From a virus, in IMG/VR virus record IMGVR_UViG_3300027712_001108, positions 1-64,000 of that record: a stretch of 64,000 nucleotides of DNA; one strand, written 5' to 3'. Below the pieces are notes generated by a model. That model did no database searches. It had not been told where the DNA came from and was given only the letters and a program-made list of their open reading frames with translations. Positions 48,065 through 57,418 of this stretch are shown piece by piece. Made by a program: the position numbers and the translations under genes. Position 1 is the first letter of the stretch. Each line of letters starts with the position of its first letter.

Positions 48065-49440
48065 TCAATTTTTCCACATTCGTTATAGAAATCAACCAGT
48101 TCCGGAAATGTATCTACAAACTTGGTATTTCTGCGTTTATCATGCTCAGTGAACCATGCATAAAAATCTCTGCGACCTGTATACAGTTTGTCACTGCTAT
48201 AATTAGTCGTCTCCATATACCGTACCACACGACGAAATTTATCTACTTCTAAACTGCCAAATAGATTCTTATCCATGTCATCTTCGTTGGCTTCCATAAA
48301 TGCAAGACATTCATGCAAGTATGGCAAGAATTCTGCTTTGGGTAGCAGGTTGATATCGTACTGCAACGGTTCTCTTAGATATGGAGTATCAAAGCGTACA
48401 TTGCGCATGGTTCTACGCTGTTCTGTCGGCGGCGGCGCATACTGCGTTCTCCATTCCAACATTTTAGACAACAGCAATTTAAAACGCGGTACACTGAGTA
48501 TATTGTAAGTCATCATCATACTAACTGCTTGACCAGACAGTGTCATGTATGTGTTTAAGTTCTGTTCCCACTGTGTTATATCAAGTCCTGTGCGTATATA
48601 CTCTGCTTGCGTTCCCCATGTATCAATACTGGTAAACAGTGTAAAGTCTTTGATACACTTGCGGTCTATTAGATCTTTGATTTTGTTAGCAAGACGTGTA
48701 ACCAGTATGGGTTTTACACCCAGGTTGCTGTTTATGTTGAGTTCTAACTTGGGCATTGGGTTGTTAGACAAATCCTCTAGCAGTGTCCATGTGCTTTTGT
48801 GCAGCAAGGGTTCACCGCCTGTTATACGCAGAATATTAACACTGTTGCGCACACTGGGCCACCACTTCCACCATGCATCTACAAACGGATTAGATTCCTC
48901 TTCGAAGATGGTCATCCAATCTATATCGCAGCGATGATTGGTTACCATGTCGTATGGACCGTGATCGCGTATCTCATTATAGAACTTGCTGGATGCCTTG
49001 GGATGGCAGTAACCGCATTTGAAATTGCATTCGTTGCCAAAGCTGACTTCTATGTATTCTGGTGCAACAGGAAAGTCGGCACCTTTGGCTTTGATCTCGT
49101 CGTAGCGGTCCTGCCTAAAGATACTGCTGTTGCGTATGTGTCTATCGCTGATCAAATCCTTGTCAAGATTTTCAATGTTCCAGCAGTATTGGCATCCGGC
49201 TGGCTTGCGCCCGTTCAACAATGCTCTACGTTCTGCTTTCTTTTCTTCTGTATTGTGTAATGCACTGGGATCCCACCCTATTCTTTTCTCATCTATCTTG
49301 TGAGGTGCAGGATGATAGCAACTGTGTGTTTCACCTGTCTGCAAGTATATAGTGGTATGATGCCATTTGGCCATGCAGAATGTTGGACTGATGGCATCCA
49401 TCAGAGGTCTGAGTTCATCTATTCGTTTTCTATCTACCAT
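48061..49440 (-). CDS. Radical SAM protein
   Basis: CMAKW...SCYH, CQYC, CNFKCGYC, GGEPLL; start reset to MVDRKR. Confidence 0.92.
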   Translation of the reverse strand: MVDRKRIDELRPLMDAISPTFCMAKWHHTTIYLQTGETHSCYHPAPHKIDEKRIGWDPSALHNTEEKKAERRALLNGRKPAGCQYCWNIENLDKDLISDRHIRNSSIFRQDRYDEIKAKGADFPVAPEYIEVSFGNECNFKCGYCHPKASSKFYNEIRDHGPYDMVTNHRCDIDWMTIFEEESNPFVDAWWKWWPSVRNSVNILRITGGEPLLHKSTWTLLEDLSNNPMPKLELNINSNLGVKPILVTRLANKIKDLIDRKCIKDFTLFTSIDTWGTQAEYIRTGLDITQWEQNLNTYMTLSGQAVSMMMTYNILSVPRFKLLLSKMLEWRTQYAPPPTEQRRTMRNVRFDTPYLREPLQYDINLLPKAEFLPYLHECLAFMEANEDDMDKNLFGSLEVDKFRRVVRYMETTNYSSDKLYTGRRDFYAWFTEHDKRRNTKFVDTFPELVDFYNECGKIE

Positions 49441-49575
49441 AACCTTAGTATATAGGTTGGACCACAGATATGCTACCAACCCAACAATAATTTTTGTCAG
49501 CTCTTGTAAATATACCACTTATGTATATATATAATGTATTCAAATAAAGTTTATGTAACAAGATGACAAAATCAC

Positions 49576-49604
49576 TTGACAATTTTCATACAAACTGCTA
49601 CTGT
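49576..49604 (+). promoter_or_regulatory. Sigma70-type promoter for the phage rpoD-like gene
   Basis: TTGACA-N17-TACTGT preceded by TGC. Confidence 0.6.
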
Positions 49605-49655
49605 GACATCGGCTAACCGACACAATAAACATCAAAGCAACGGAGCAAAGTTCAT

Positions 49656-51119
49656 ATGGTAAAACCAAACAAATCTGCATCGACTAGTACTGCAAATGGC
49701 CCGCAGTTCAAAGAATTAGATCCAGTACGCATTTATTTGAAAGATGTAGGTAAAACTCCACTGCTGAATCATGCTAAAGAAATTGAACTTAGCAAAACTA
49801 TTGAAAGCAGCAAGCAGACTATTATGGATACGCTGTTTGCAATTCCCATGACTGTGCGCACTATTGATATATGGATTCAGGAAATACTAAACGGTGAACG
49901 ACCAGCAGACGAGATTTTTGATGTAGAACTGCAAGCGGACGGCACATTGTCACAAGAGCTAGTAGACAAGTTGACAGAAGTCAGAACAATGTGTGCAGAA
50001 TATCTCAGCAACACTGCTGGTAAAATTACCAAAGTTCAACTGCTTGACACGTTTAATGAATTGCATTTATTGCCATCCAGTATGACTACAATGATGACAA
50101 GTTTGCAAGACATCAACAAGAAATTACTCGAAGGCGACGGCGCAATTATGCGTATGGCAATTGACTGCGGAATTGATCGCACAGAGTTTATCAATTGCTA
50201 TGTGGGGCATGAAGACCTGCTGTGGTTAAGCGGCAAGCAAGGCAAAGGTTGGGATCGGCTTCATCGCAAACACAATGAATTAATGAACTATGTTGGCATG
50301 ATGCAAGAGCAAGCTGCTAATGCAGGGCTATCTGTGAATGAACTGCGCACCGCAGTGAGAGTACTGCGTAGTCAAGCCAAAATCAAAGATGAAGCAATCA
50401 GTCATATGGTAAATGCCAATTTGCGTTTAGTTGTAAGTGTTGCTAAAAAATACAATCAACAGGGCAATAGCCAACTGTTGGATCTGATTCAAGAAGGCAA
50501 TATTGGCCTAATCAAAGCAGTTGAAAAATTTAAATGGCAATTGGGTTATCGTTTCAGCACTTATGCAACTTGGTGGATCAGGCAGGCAATTATTAAAACT
50601 GCAACTGAAAGCAATCGTACTATTCGTATTCCCAGTCATGTTCTTGATACTATCAAAAAAATAAACTCTGCTACTAAGGAATATTTCTACAGCAATGGAC
50701 GCGATCCCAGTAATGCGGAGTTGGCAAAAATCCTCAACTGTGATGAGGACAAAATTGCACGTACCATGCGTGTTGCCAAAGATCCAATCAGTTTGGAAAC
50801 TCCAGTGGGCAATGAGGATGAAGGCAAGCTAGGCAATCTTATTGAAGATACTGAATCTGAAAATGCATTTGAACAAATTGCAAGAGCAGATTTCAATAAA
50901 GTAATTGGCGATGCACTGGAAGGTCTTAGTAGTAGAGAAGAACGTGTGCTGCGTATGCGATTTGGCATAGGTACAATGCGTGAATACACACTGGAAGAAA
51001 TTGGATTAAAGTTCAATGTTACACGTGAACGTGTGCGACAAATTGAAAACAAAGCACTAAGCAGACTTAAACATCCGCAGCGTGCCAAAGACTTACAAAA
51101 CGCAATTACAAATCAATAA
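49656..51119 (+). CDS. rpoD: RpoD-like group 1 sigma70 factor lacking region 1.1
   Basis: Region 1.2 DPVRIYLKDVG, non-conserved region, NLRLVVSVAKKY, DLIQEGNIGLIKAVEKF, STYATWWIRQAI, region 4 TLEEIGLKFNVTRERVRQIE. Confidence 0.93.
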   Translation: MVKPNKSASTSTANGPQFKELDPVRIYLKDVGKTPLLNHAKEIELSKTIESSKQTIMDTLFAIPMTVRTIDIWIQEILNGERPADEIFDVELQADGTLSQELVDKLTEVRTMCAEYLSNTAGKITKVQLLDTFNELHLLPSSMTTMMTSLQDINKKLLEGDGAIMRMAIDCGIDRTEFINCYVGHEDLLWLSGKQGKGWDRLHRKHNELMNYVGMMQEQAANAGLSVNELRTAVRVLRSQAKIKDEAISHMVNANLRLVVSVAKKYNQQGNSQLLDLIQEGNIGLIKAVEKFKWQLGYRFSTYATWWIRQAIIKTATESNRTIRIPSHVLDTIKKINSATKEYFYSNGRDPSNAELAKILNCDEDKIARTMRVAKDPISLETPVGNEDEGKLGNLIEDTESENAFEQIARADFNKVIGDALEGLSSREERVLRMRFGIGTMREYTLEEIGLKFNVTRERVRQIENKALSRLKHPQRAKDLQNAITNQ

Positions 51120-51120
51120 T

Positions 51121-51164
51121 AATAAAAACACCCTATGCATTGCTGCGTAGGGTGTTATTTTATT
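51121..51164. terminator. Bidirectional terminator between the convergent rpoD and HNH genes
   Basis: aacaccctatgca/tgcgtagggtgtt stem flanked by A- and T-runs. Confidence 0.75.
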
Positions 51165-51810
51165 GTCCTGACAGTCTCGGCCATCTGCATGCTTTACCAT
51201 TATTAACAAGTTTGGTAAGGGCAGCTTTTTGGTTTTTTGCGTTAATTTGTTCAGATGTCAATGCAAATATACCAGATTTATTTTCTTTAGCCCACTGCCC
51301 ACCTTTTTTGCCACCGATTTTACCTGCAAGCGCAGCATTGCCTGATTTAAATCCTGCGCCACGCTCTGCGGTTTTCTTACCACCTTGCGATGCTATCTTA
51401 ATTTTATCTTCTTTAGACAATCCATGTATACCAGACTTGGTGTTAACGGCATTACGACCGCTAATTTTTCCAGCAGCTGATCTGTGTAGTGCAGCCAATT
51501 CAGGATTGTTTTTAATCCAATTTAGTAGTCCGATGCCATTGTTTATGTTATTGATAGCAGATTTGCGGCCATTTTCTTTAGCCATCTGTATCCAGTCATC
51601 TGGCGGTATTTTCATTCTAGCTGCAATCATAACACATGCATAATAATCACATTGTAATTTATGTATGTCATAATGTTCTTGCAAGGTTACAGCTTGCAAG
51701 TTAGCAGGGTTGTTATTATGATGGTTGCCGTCTATGTGATGAATATCAATACCAGCTAGCAGTGAAACGCTATGAAAGTCTTCGTATATTTTTCTATAGT
51801 TTTTTGACAT
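51160..51810 (-). CDS. HNH endonuclease (free-standing homing-endonuclease-like) with GGK/GK repeats
   Basis: IHHIDGNHHNNNPANLQAVTLQEHYDIH; C-terminal AGKISG/QGGKK/IGGKKGG repeats. Confidence 0.8.
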   Translation of the reverse strand: MSKNYRKIYEDFHSVSLLAGIDIHHIDGNHHNNNPANLQAVTLQEHYDIHKLQCDYYACVMIAARMKIPPDDWIQMAKENGRKSAINNINNGIGLLNWIKNNPELAALHRSAAGKISGRNAVNTKSGIHGLSKEDKIKIASQGGKKTAERGAGFKSGNAALAGKIGGKKGGQWAKENKSGIFALTSEQINAKNQKAALTKLVNNGKACRWPRLSGQ

Positions 51811-51835
51811 AGTACTTGTGTGTTCCCACAAGTAT

Positions 51836-52369
51836 TTATGCTCCTAATCTATGATTAATAACATCCCAATCAATTATTTGCCAAATCTTTTTAAGATAAT
51901 CATCTTTATCCCATTTATAATCGTAGAATGCGTGTTCCCACATGTCTATGGGCAGCAACACATCTTTTACTATTTTATGATTCTTAATGGTTTTTATAGT
52001 ACCGTTTTTAGCCAAGTATACCCAGCCAGATCCCTGTATGGTTTTGGCTGCGGCAGTCATAGCACGTTTGAAATCTGGAAAATCGTTGTGTACACTTTCT
52101 ATCAATTCCAAACTAGCACCACGTGGCTTGTTGTTGCTTCGGGGTGCAGCGAATTGTGACCAATATATACCGTGTAAGAACGCACCTGCTTCGTTAAACG
52201 CAGGATCTCCTTCACTTTTGTTAAATCTATCAACATACCCTTTGGTAAGATGATCGTAATGATAGATTACAGCTTCTTTACTTAGAACGGGTTCTAATGC
52301 ATCGCGTGCATACGGCAACGGTTCCAGTGTTAGCTTTTTAGCAGCTTCTGATAATTGTGCAAGTTTCAT
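51836..52369 (-). CDS. sod: Fe/Mn superoxide dismutase
   Basis: LPYARDALEP, FLHGIYW, QGSGW, DMWEHAFY; perfect TATAAATA 5 nt upstream. Confidence 0.93.
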   Translation of the reverse strand: MKLAQLSEAAKKLTLEPLPYARDALEPVLSKEAVIYHYDHLTKGYVDRFNKSEGDPAFNEAGAFLHGIYWSQFAAPRSNNKPRGASLELIESVHNDFPDFKRAMTAAAKTIQGSGWVYLAKNGTIKTIKNHKIVKDVLLPIDMWEHAFYDYKWDKDDYLKKIWQIIDWDVINHRLGA

Positions 52370-52460
52370 GCTGATATTTATAACAATTGTGCATTGTAAT
52401 TTGGCATTATATTATAATGTGTAACATAATGATTTTAATATAACAATTTGGAGCAACGTT

Positions 52461-52676
52461 GTGACGAAGCCAACTACTAAAAATCGTGTCTACATTGAAT
52501 GCAGTGAGACTGAAAAGAAAGTTAAAGGTCGCATTATTAGAAAAGAAGATGCTGTTATGGAAGTGGAATCTCCAACAGGTCATATATTGTTAATGCATCG
52601 TAAAAACAAACGCAGTCCATTTATCACACGCATGGGACAATTGGAATTTTACAGCGACGGTAAAGAAATCAACTAG
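52461..52676 (+). CDS. Hypothetical protein
   Basis: GGAG plus GTG start; 71 aa. Confidence 0.55.
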   Translation: MTKPTTKNRVYIECSETEKKVKGRIIRKEDAVMEVESPTGHILLMHRKNKRSPFITRMGQLEFYSDGKEIN

Positions 52677-53034
52677 CGTCGTAGGTTGTACCAGTGAATA
52701 TAAAACTGCACTGACCTTTTAGGCTTTCTACGATTACAGTTTCGCCAGCTGATATACACAGTTCTTGCCATTGCGCCATATGGTTCGGTGGCATCACTGT
52801 GTCAAACGACACATAACTGGCGATACCGGAACCGCCCACTTGACCAAGCGCAATTTTTACAAAATCACAATCTCTACCGTAATCTGCTGTAAGGTCGCCG
52901 GCATTTACCATAGCATTGCCCTGATTAACAACCAACAATTGTCCACGCACACCCAGGTTAGATACAGAGCCCGTATACATCACAGTAGGCGATCTTGCGG
53001 TTGGTTTGTTTTCTGCTACGATTTGCTGTGTCAT
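52669..53034 (-). CDS. Hypothetical protein (probably late/virion)
   Basis: TAAATA and GAGG upstream; 121 aa. Confidence 0.6.
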   Translation of the reverse strand: MTQQIVAENKPTARSPTVMYTGSVSNLGVRGQLLVVNQGNAMVNAGDLTADYGRDCDFVKIALGQVGGSGIASYVSFDTVMPPNHMAQWQELCISAGETVIVESLKGQCSFIFTGTTYDAS

Positions 53035-53060
53035 GTGTACCTCTCTAGTATTTAATCCAG

Positions 53061-53726
53061 TTAGACGAGGCCTGGGCGCACCAAGTTGTGTGTAAATGCA
53101 AATGTACCAAGATGTACCAATTTGTCGCTAAACGTTTGATCAATCCATACAGTATGGCCCAATGCACGAGCCTGTTGACAAAAGTAAAAATCTTCACCCA
53201 TGTGATCATTGGATTTTTCAACCCAAACAGTTTGAAATCGAGGCAATGTCATCTGCTTAACAACGTCAGTTTTAACCAGCATACACCCCATACCCACTGC
53301 ATCAACTGCAACTAGCTCATCGTTGGCAGGATCATTGATCAAATAGCTGTGCCAATTATGCATTTCTGTATAAGCAACTGTTTTGTGTGGGTATTGCCGT
53401 GTAACGTAATTGCCTGCGACAATGTCTACATCATGTGATAACAGACGTTCTACTGTATCTGGTGGGAACATCATATCACTGTCAAGCCACAGTATATGAG
53501 TACTACCTGCATCTAGTGCCATATTGACCAGTTGATCACGCTGATTGACAATCAGTGTACCCATGCAAAAATGATGCAGCACATCTATACCAGTTGCTTG
53601 GCAATACTGAATCATTTTTGCTAGATCAAATGCAAATGCACTGTGCAACATATCTCTACAAGGTACGCAGATACTGACTTGTGCTGGTTTGGTTTTGGCT
53701 GTAGCCTGTCGTAACATGCTGCTCAT
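53061..53726 (-). CDS. GT-A fold (GT2-like) glycosyltransferase
   Basis: ICVP, LWLDSD (DxD), GMGCMLV, GED, HLG. Confidence 0.85.
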   Translation of the reverse strand: MSSMLRQATAKTKPAQVSICVPCRDMLHSAFAFDLAKMIQYCQATGIDVLHHFCMGTLIVNQRDQLVNMALDAGSTHILWLDSDMMFPPDTVERLLSHDVDIVAGNYVTRQYPHKTVAYTEMHNWHSYLINDPANDELVAVDAVGMGCMLVKTDVVKQMTLPRFQTVWVEKSNDHMGEDFYFCQQARALGHTVWIDQTFSDKLVHLGTFAFTHNLVRPGLV

Positions 53727-53782
53727 ATATTGCCTCGTTGCAGATATGTTAAATTATAATGGCATATTGTACTACGTCAATG

Positions 53783-53992
53783 TTATACGTAGTTGAACGG
53801 ACCCTGACGTCCACCAAAAGTGGCACTGAGCGGGGTTATTTGTCCAGCTGTTCTCAATCCGCTTTTAGTAACACCCAATACACTATTCAAGCTGACACCT
53901 GTAGCCGCAGCAGGTAATACGCCCGCTGTATAAGCTGCCCAGACACCGCCCATGTTAATAATAGTGCCTGTTGCTGGTATAGCTGTTACCAT
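53783..53992 (-). CDS. Small hypothetical (virion-associated?) protein
   Basis: GAGG Shine-Dalgarno; 69-aa Gly/Thr/Ala-rich. Confidence 0.55.
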   Translation of the reverse strand: MVTAIPATGTIINMGGVWAAYTAGVLPAAATGVSLNSVLGVTKSGLRTAGQITPLSATFGGRQGPFNYV

Positions 53993-54055
53993 TGCGACCT
54001 CATGTCATACTATGCTTAGCATACTTATTTGCACAGCATTTGTCTATATCTGCTA

Positions 54056-54457
54056 TTACCAAGTAGATAGCGGTGCTCGTTTCCATGTATTTGCACTTAT
54101 GCATACGTATACATAGTTGCTGTCGTATCCAATCTGTCCAGGTGTTCCTGCACTAGATGCAGTTAACGGTGCGTTGCCTACTGCAACACCCGTTGGACCA
54201 GTTGCACCTCTGGATCCGGTTGCACCAGTATTGGTTGCTGTGCCAGCTACACCAGTTGAACCTCTTGCACCCGTGGGTCCAGTTGCACCAGTATTAGCTG
54301 CTGTACCTGCTGCACCGGTTAATCCTGCGGGGCCAGTGGGTCCAGTTATCGTACTATTTGCACCTGTTGCTCCCGTTGGTCCACCAGCTGGGCCAGTAGG
54401 CCCGCTTGGTCCAGTTGCACCTTGCACATCTATCAAAGGATAGGTATATACACTCAT
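54056..54457 (-). CDS. Short collagen-like fibre protein
   Basis: (GPT/GAT)n repeats; C-terminal [24 protein letters not shown]. Confidence 0.8.
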   Translation of the reverse strand: MSVYTYPLIDVQGATGPSGPTGPAGGPTGATGANSTITGPTGPAGLTGAAGTAANTGATGPTGARGSTGVAGTATNTGATGSRGATGPTGVAVGNAPLTASSAGTPGQIGYDSNYVYVCISANTWKRAPLSTW

Positions 54458-54486
54458 TAGTTGCCTGCCAGTTCTTAATGTATGGA

Positions 54487-54502
54487 TATTTATCAATAAA
54501 TA
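54487..54502. promoter_or_regulatory. Back-to-back TAAATA motifs driving divergent genes
   Basis: TATTTA at 54487-54492 and TAAATA at 54497-54502. Confidence 0.55.
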
Positions 54503-54506
54503 TGGT

Positions 54507-54995
54507 ATGGCACTTTACAACAATCTCATCACTCCACCTGGTGTAAACATACGTACTGATTACAGTACCACCTTTAACTATGCAATTCCGCTAATGCAGA
54601 CGGATTGCTGGCCTGTTCAACTGACACCTCCGCACATACAACCGTGGCAACAGGTGGTGATAATCAGTCAACAAAATACATTTTGGTCACAACAGCAGGG
54701 CACGATGCGTGCATGGCTAAGTTTAAATCCCAACGGTATCAATGTAATACCCAGTGTTATACGAAATCGTACAGTACACTTGCAAGGCATAGGATCCAGT
54801 TGGTGTTTCTATGCAGATACATTGCCCGTGGATCAAGTAAATACTGCACAAATACAATTTGCAGTGCCGCCAAATCCGCAAGGCGATGGTGGCAATATGG
54901 GATATTTCTTCAACATTCAAAACTTAGACGGACAAGAAAACGCCTACTATCTACGTTTTGAATTTTCAGGACACGGCGGCACATATCTAACTTAA
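54507..54995 (+). CDS. Hypothetical protein (probably late)
   Basis: 162 aa; TAAATA 4 nt upstream. Confidence 0.6.
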   Translation: MALYNNLITPPGVNIRTDYSTTFNYAIPLMQTDCWPVQLTPPHIQPWQQVVIISQQNTFWSQQQGTMRAWLSLNPNGINVIPSVIRNRTVHLQGIGSSWCFYADTLPVDQVNTAQIQFAVPPNPQGDGGNMGYFFNIQNLDGQENAYYLRFEFSGHGGTYLT

Positions 54996-55035
54996 TTGTG
55001 CTTGACGCAGCAACGACGTTACGCTACAGTCATGT

Positions 55036-55851
55036 ATGAGCAACATTTCGAACTTCCTCCAATCTGTTACTGTGCTTGACACAGAAACCACACATCTTTT
55101 GCCCGAACAGGCAGAAGTTGTAGAAGTAGCAGGTGCCGTGTTTGATGGACAGTCTTGGGCTGCAACAAACCTCCTGCTCAACGCAAAAAACGGTATCCCG
55201 CCTGAAGCCAGTGCCAAGAACAACATTGGGCCGCGGGATATCAAAGATCAGCCGTATTGGGATCAAAGCGAAAGCAAAATCAAAGACTTGCTACACTGGG
55301 ATCATAGTACGTACTTCGTAGCACACAATGCTGCATATGACCGTACTGTTATCAAAACAGCATGGGCAGCTATGGGTAATGCTCAAGATGTGGCAGTATG
55401 CGAGGATCAATCTCGTTGGATCTGTACGCTGCGACTGAGCAAGCAAATATTGGACCATAATTTTCCCAACATACAATACAGTCTCAACTATTTGAGATTC
55501 TTGTTGGATCTTGATCTGCCGCAGTTCCATAATGTACACCGTGCAGATGCAGATGCAGTTACCTGTGCAATGCTGTTACAGGCCTTGGTTGGGTATGCAA
55601 TCGAATTGGGATTGGTCACTGATGCGCCGGATCTAGGCGAACAGCTTGCCAAACTGTGTTGGGGACCTATTGCTGTTAAGACATGGCCGTTTGGTAAACA
55701 TCGTGGTGCATTGCTAGCAGACATTCCCAATGACTACTATGTGTGGGCGTTGAAAAATGTCAACAGTCTGCAAGCCGGGAACAGTGATTACGACCCCGAT
55801 CTTGCAGAAAGTGTCAAGCAATTGCTAGAGCAGAGACGCCGAAAGTCTTGA
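55036..55851 (+). CDS. DEDDh 3'-5' exonuclease (ExoX-like) with C-terminal PFGKH domain
   Basis: LDTETT, VAHNAAYD, WICTLRL, HRADAD, WPFGKHRG; TTGACG-N17-TACAGT upstream. Confidence 0.88.
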   Translation: MSNISNFLQSVTVLDTETTHLLPEQAEVVEVAGAVFDGQSWAATNLLLNAKNGIPPEASAKNNIGPRDIKDQPYWDQSESKIKDLLHWDHSTYFVAHNAAYDRTVIKTAWAAMGNAQDVAVCEDQSRWICTLRLSKQILDHNFPNIQYSLNYLRFLLDLDLPQFHNVHRADADAVTCAMLLQALVGYAIELGLVTDAPDLGEQLAKLCWGPIAVKTWPFGKHRGALLADIPNDYYVWALKNVNSLQAGNSDYDPDLAESVKQLLEQRRRKS

Positions 55852-56323
55852 TTGGTATGGGGCGACGTGACAATGTTTTACACATGTGTACTCGTTCGCC
55901 CCATCCATATTCTTCACGATGGGTTTCTTTAAATCCCCATTCACTGTATATTTTTAGATTGCGTGTCATCAAGCTGTTGGTGTAGAGCTTTATGCGATAA
56001 AGTTTTAACAGCTTTGCATAATGTTCTGCAAACTTCAATGTCTTACGTCCAAGACCCTGTCCTTGCTGACCGGGATCTACACACAATGCCTGTATCATAA
56101 CGTGATCGGCACAGGGTGTTAGAACTACCATTGCAGGTGGTTCATCACCATCATCCAATAGCCAAAGATTACCTTTGGCAACATGACTATCAAAATCTTC
56201 TAAAAATGTAGGCGGTGTTCTACCTAGCAGCGGAATGTATGCGCTGTAGGCATGGTAGACAATTCGCCATATGTGTGGCATATCGTCGAAGGTTGCTTGG
56301 CGAAATAAAGGCGAGTTGTACAC
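55814..56323 (-). CDS. GNAT acetyltransferase
   Basis: VDPGQQGQGLGR, LYTNSLMTRNLKIYSEWGF. Confidence 0.88.
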   Translation of the reverse strand: MYNSPLFRQATFDDMPHIWRIVYHAYSAYIPLLGRTPPTFLEDFDSHVAKGNLWLLDDGDEPPAMVVLTPCADHVMIQALCVDPGQQGQGLGRKTLKFAEHYAKLLKLYRIKLYTNSLMTRNLKIYSEWGFKETHREEYGWGERVHMCKTLSRRPIPIKTFGVSALAIA

Positions 56324-56438
56324 GGCATGCTTAACCCCTTTTCCTGAATCACTTGTATACCCAGGTCCTATAAAGTGATGTATTTATTATTTTTATCACT
56401 GTGACGTTATAATACATACTACCTGGGAGATAATCAAG

Positions 56439-57104
56439 ATGTCTGAAAGAAAAGTCAAAGTTGCTGTGTTGTTCAGAGGACCTGTGCGTCCTGATATTGC
56501 AAGTGTGTCATCGCGTTGCAATGAATTTATGTCACAGTTTGCCAATGTGCAAAATGTAGAGTTTGTCACATATCTTGCAACATGGCGCCAATGGCGAGAT
56601 CATCGTGCAAGTGACTTGATACATCTTGATCAATTTGACAACGTAATCATGCAGACCGAACCCACAGATGCACAAATTGCTCGTGCAACTGGTATTAAAA
56701 ACTTGCCCAATGGTGCAGAGATACGTCCAGTGTTCAACATGTATTATCAAAGTAAAACAGCATTAGATGTTATACATGCAGCAGATGATTATGATTACAT
56801 TGTCCACAGCCGTACAGACATGCGAATGGTAATGGGCGAAACAATGGCAGAATGGTTTGATAATGCTGCATATACTGCACCACATGTGCATCCTCATCCT
56901 TGGATGTGCGATCAGTTTGGCGTTGCTCCTGCTGCTATGATGTATGCAGCATGGAATTATGGTAGTATTGCACAGTTGGGCAAAGACATAGAAGCTGCTG
57001 ATATTCCCGAACGAGTCTTACAAAATAGAATAGATGCGCTGGGTATACCTGTTAAAGCACCCAAGTATCTGCTGTGGGATCTGGATCCGCGCCGCAATCA
57101 GTAA
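56439..57104 (+). CDS. Hypothetical protein, glycan-related enzyme-like
   Basis: KVAVLFRGPVR, YLATW, YDYIVHSRTD, DQF, PERVL. Confidence 0.5.
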   Translation: MSERKVKVAVLFRGPVRPDIASVSSRCNEFMSQFANVQNVEFVTYLATWRQWRDHRASDLIHLDQFDNVIMQTEPTDAQIARATGIKNLPNGAEIRPVFNMYYQSKTALDVIHAADDYDYIVHSRTDMRMVMGETMAEWFDNAAYTAPHVHPHPWMCDQFGVAPAAMMYAAWNYGSIAQLGKDIEAADIPERVLQNRIDALGIPVKAPKYLLWDLDPRRNQ

Positions 57105-57198
57105 CTGTGCTTCTTTGTATTTTCATCTGTATGATAATCATAGTCTGGCCTAAACTTGCTCATTTCAGTTACAACTAAATTGGGTTTGATAAGTTTAA

Positions 57199-57393
57199 AC
57201 ATGGTCATATTCGTTTATAGTAGTTGACTCAATACTTACAACGTATTACAATGCATGGTACGAGGAACAACGCATATTGAAAGAATATGCAAATTTCAAG
57301 TATAAGCCTACAAAACGATTCGGTGGATGGGGAGAGTGCTTGCGATATCCTGTGAACATCCGTAACAGCAAGATACAAAAGCCTTTGGAATAA
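57199..57393 (+). pseudogene. Possible C-terminal remnant of a GIY-YIG/T5orf172-like endonuclease
   Basis: Frame without an ATG start: ...YNAWYEEQRILKEYANFKYKPTKRFGGWGECL... Confidence 0.35.
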
Positions 57394-57418
57394 GGTATCA
57401 AGGAGGAAATAGCAGACG

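Noticed and set aside
30815-49440. Radical-SAM genes as the QueE/7-deazaguanine, MoaA or NrdG pathways
   Set aside because: No FolE, QueC, QueD, DpdA, MoaC or NrdD partners are present in the window, and the domain architectures differ.
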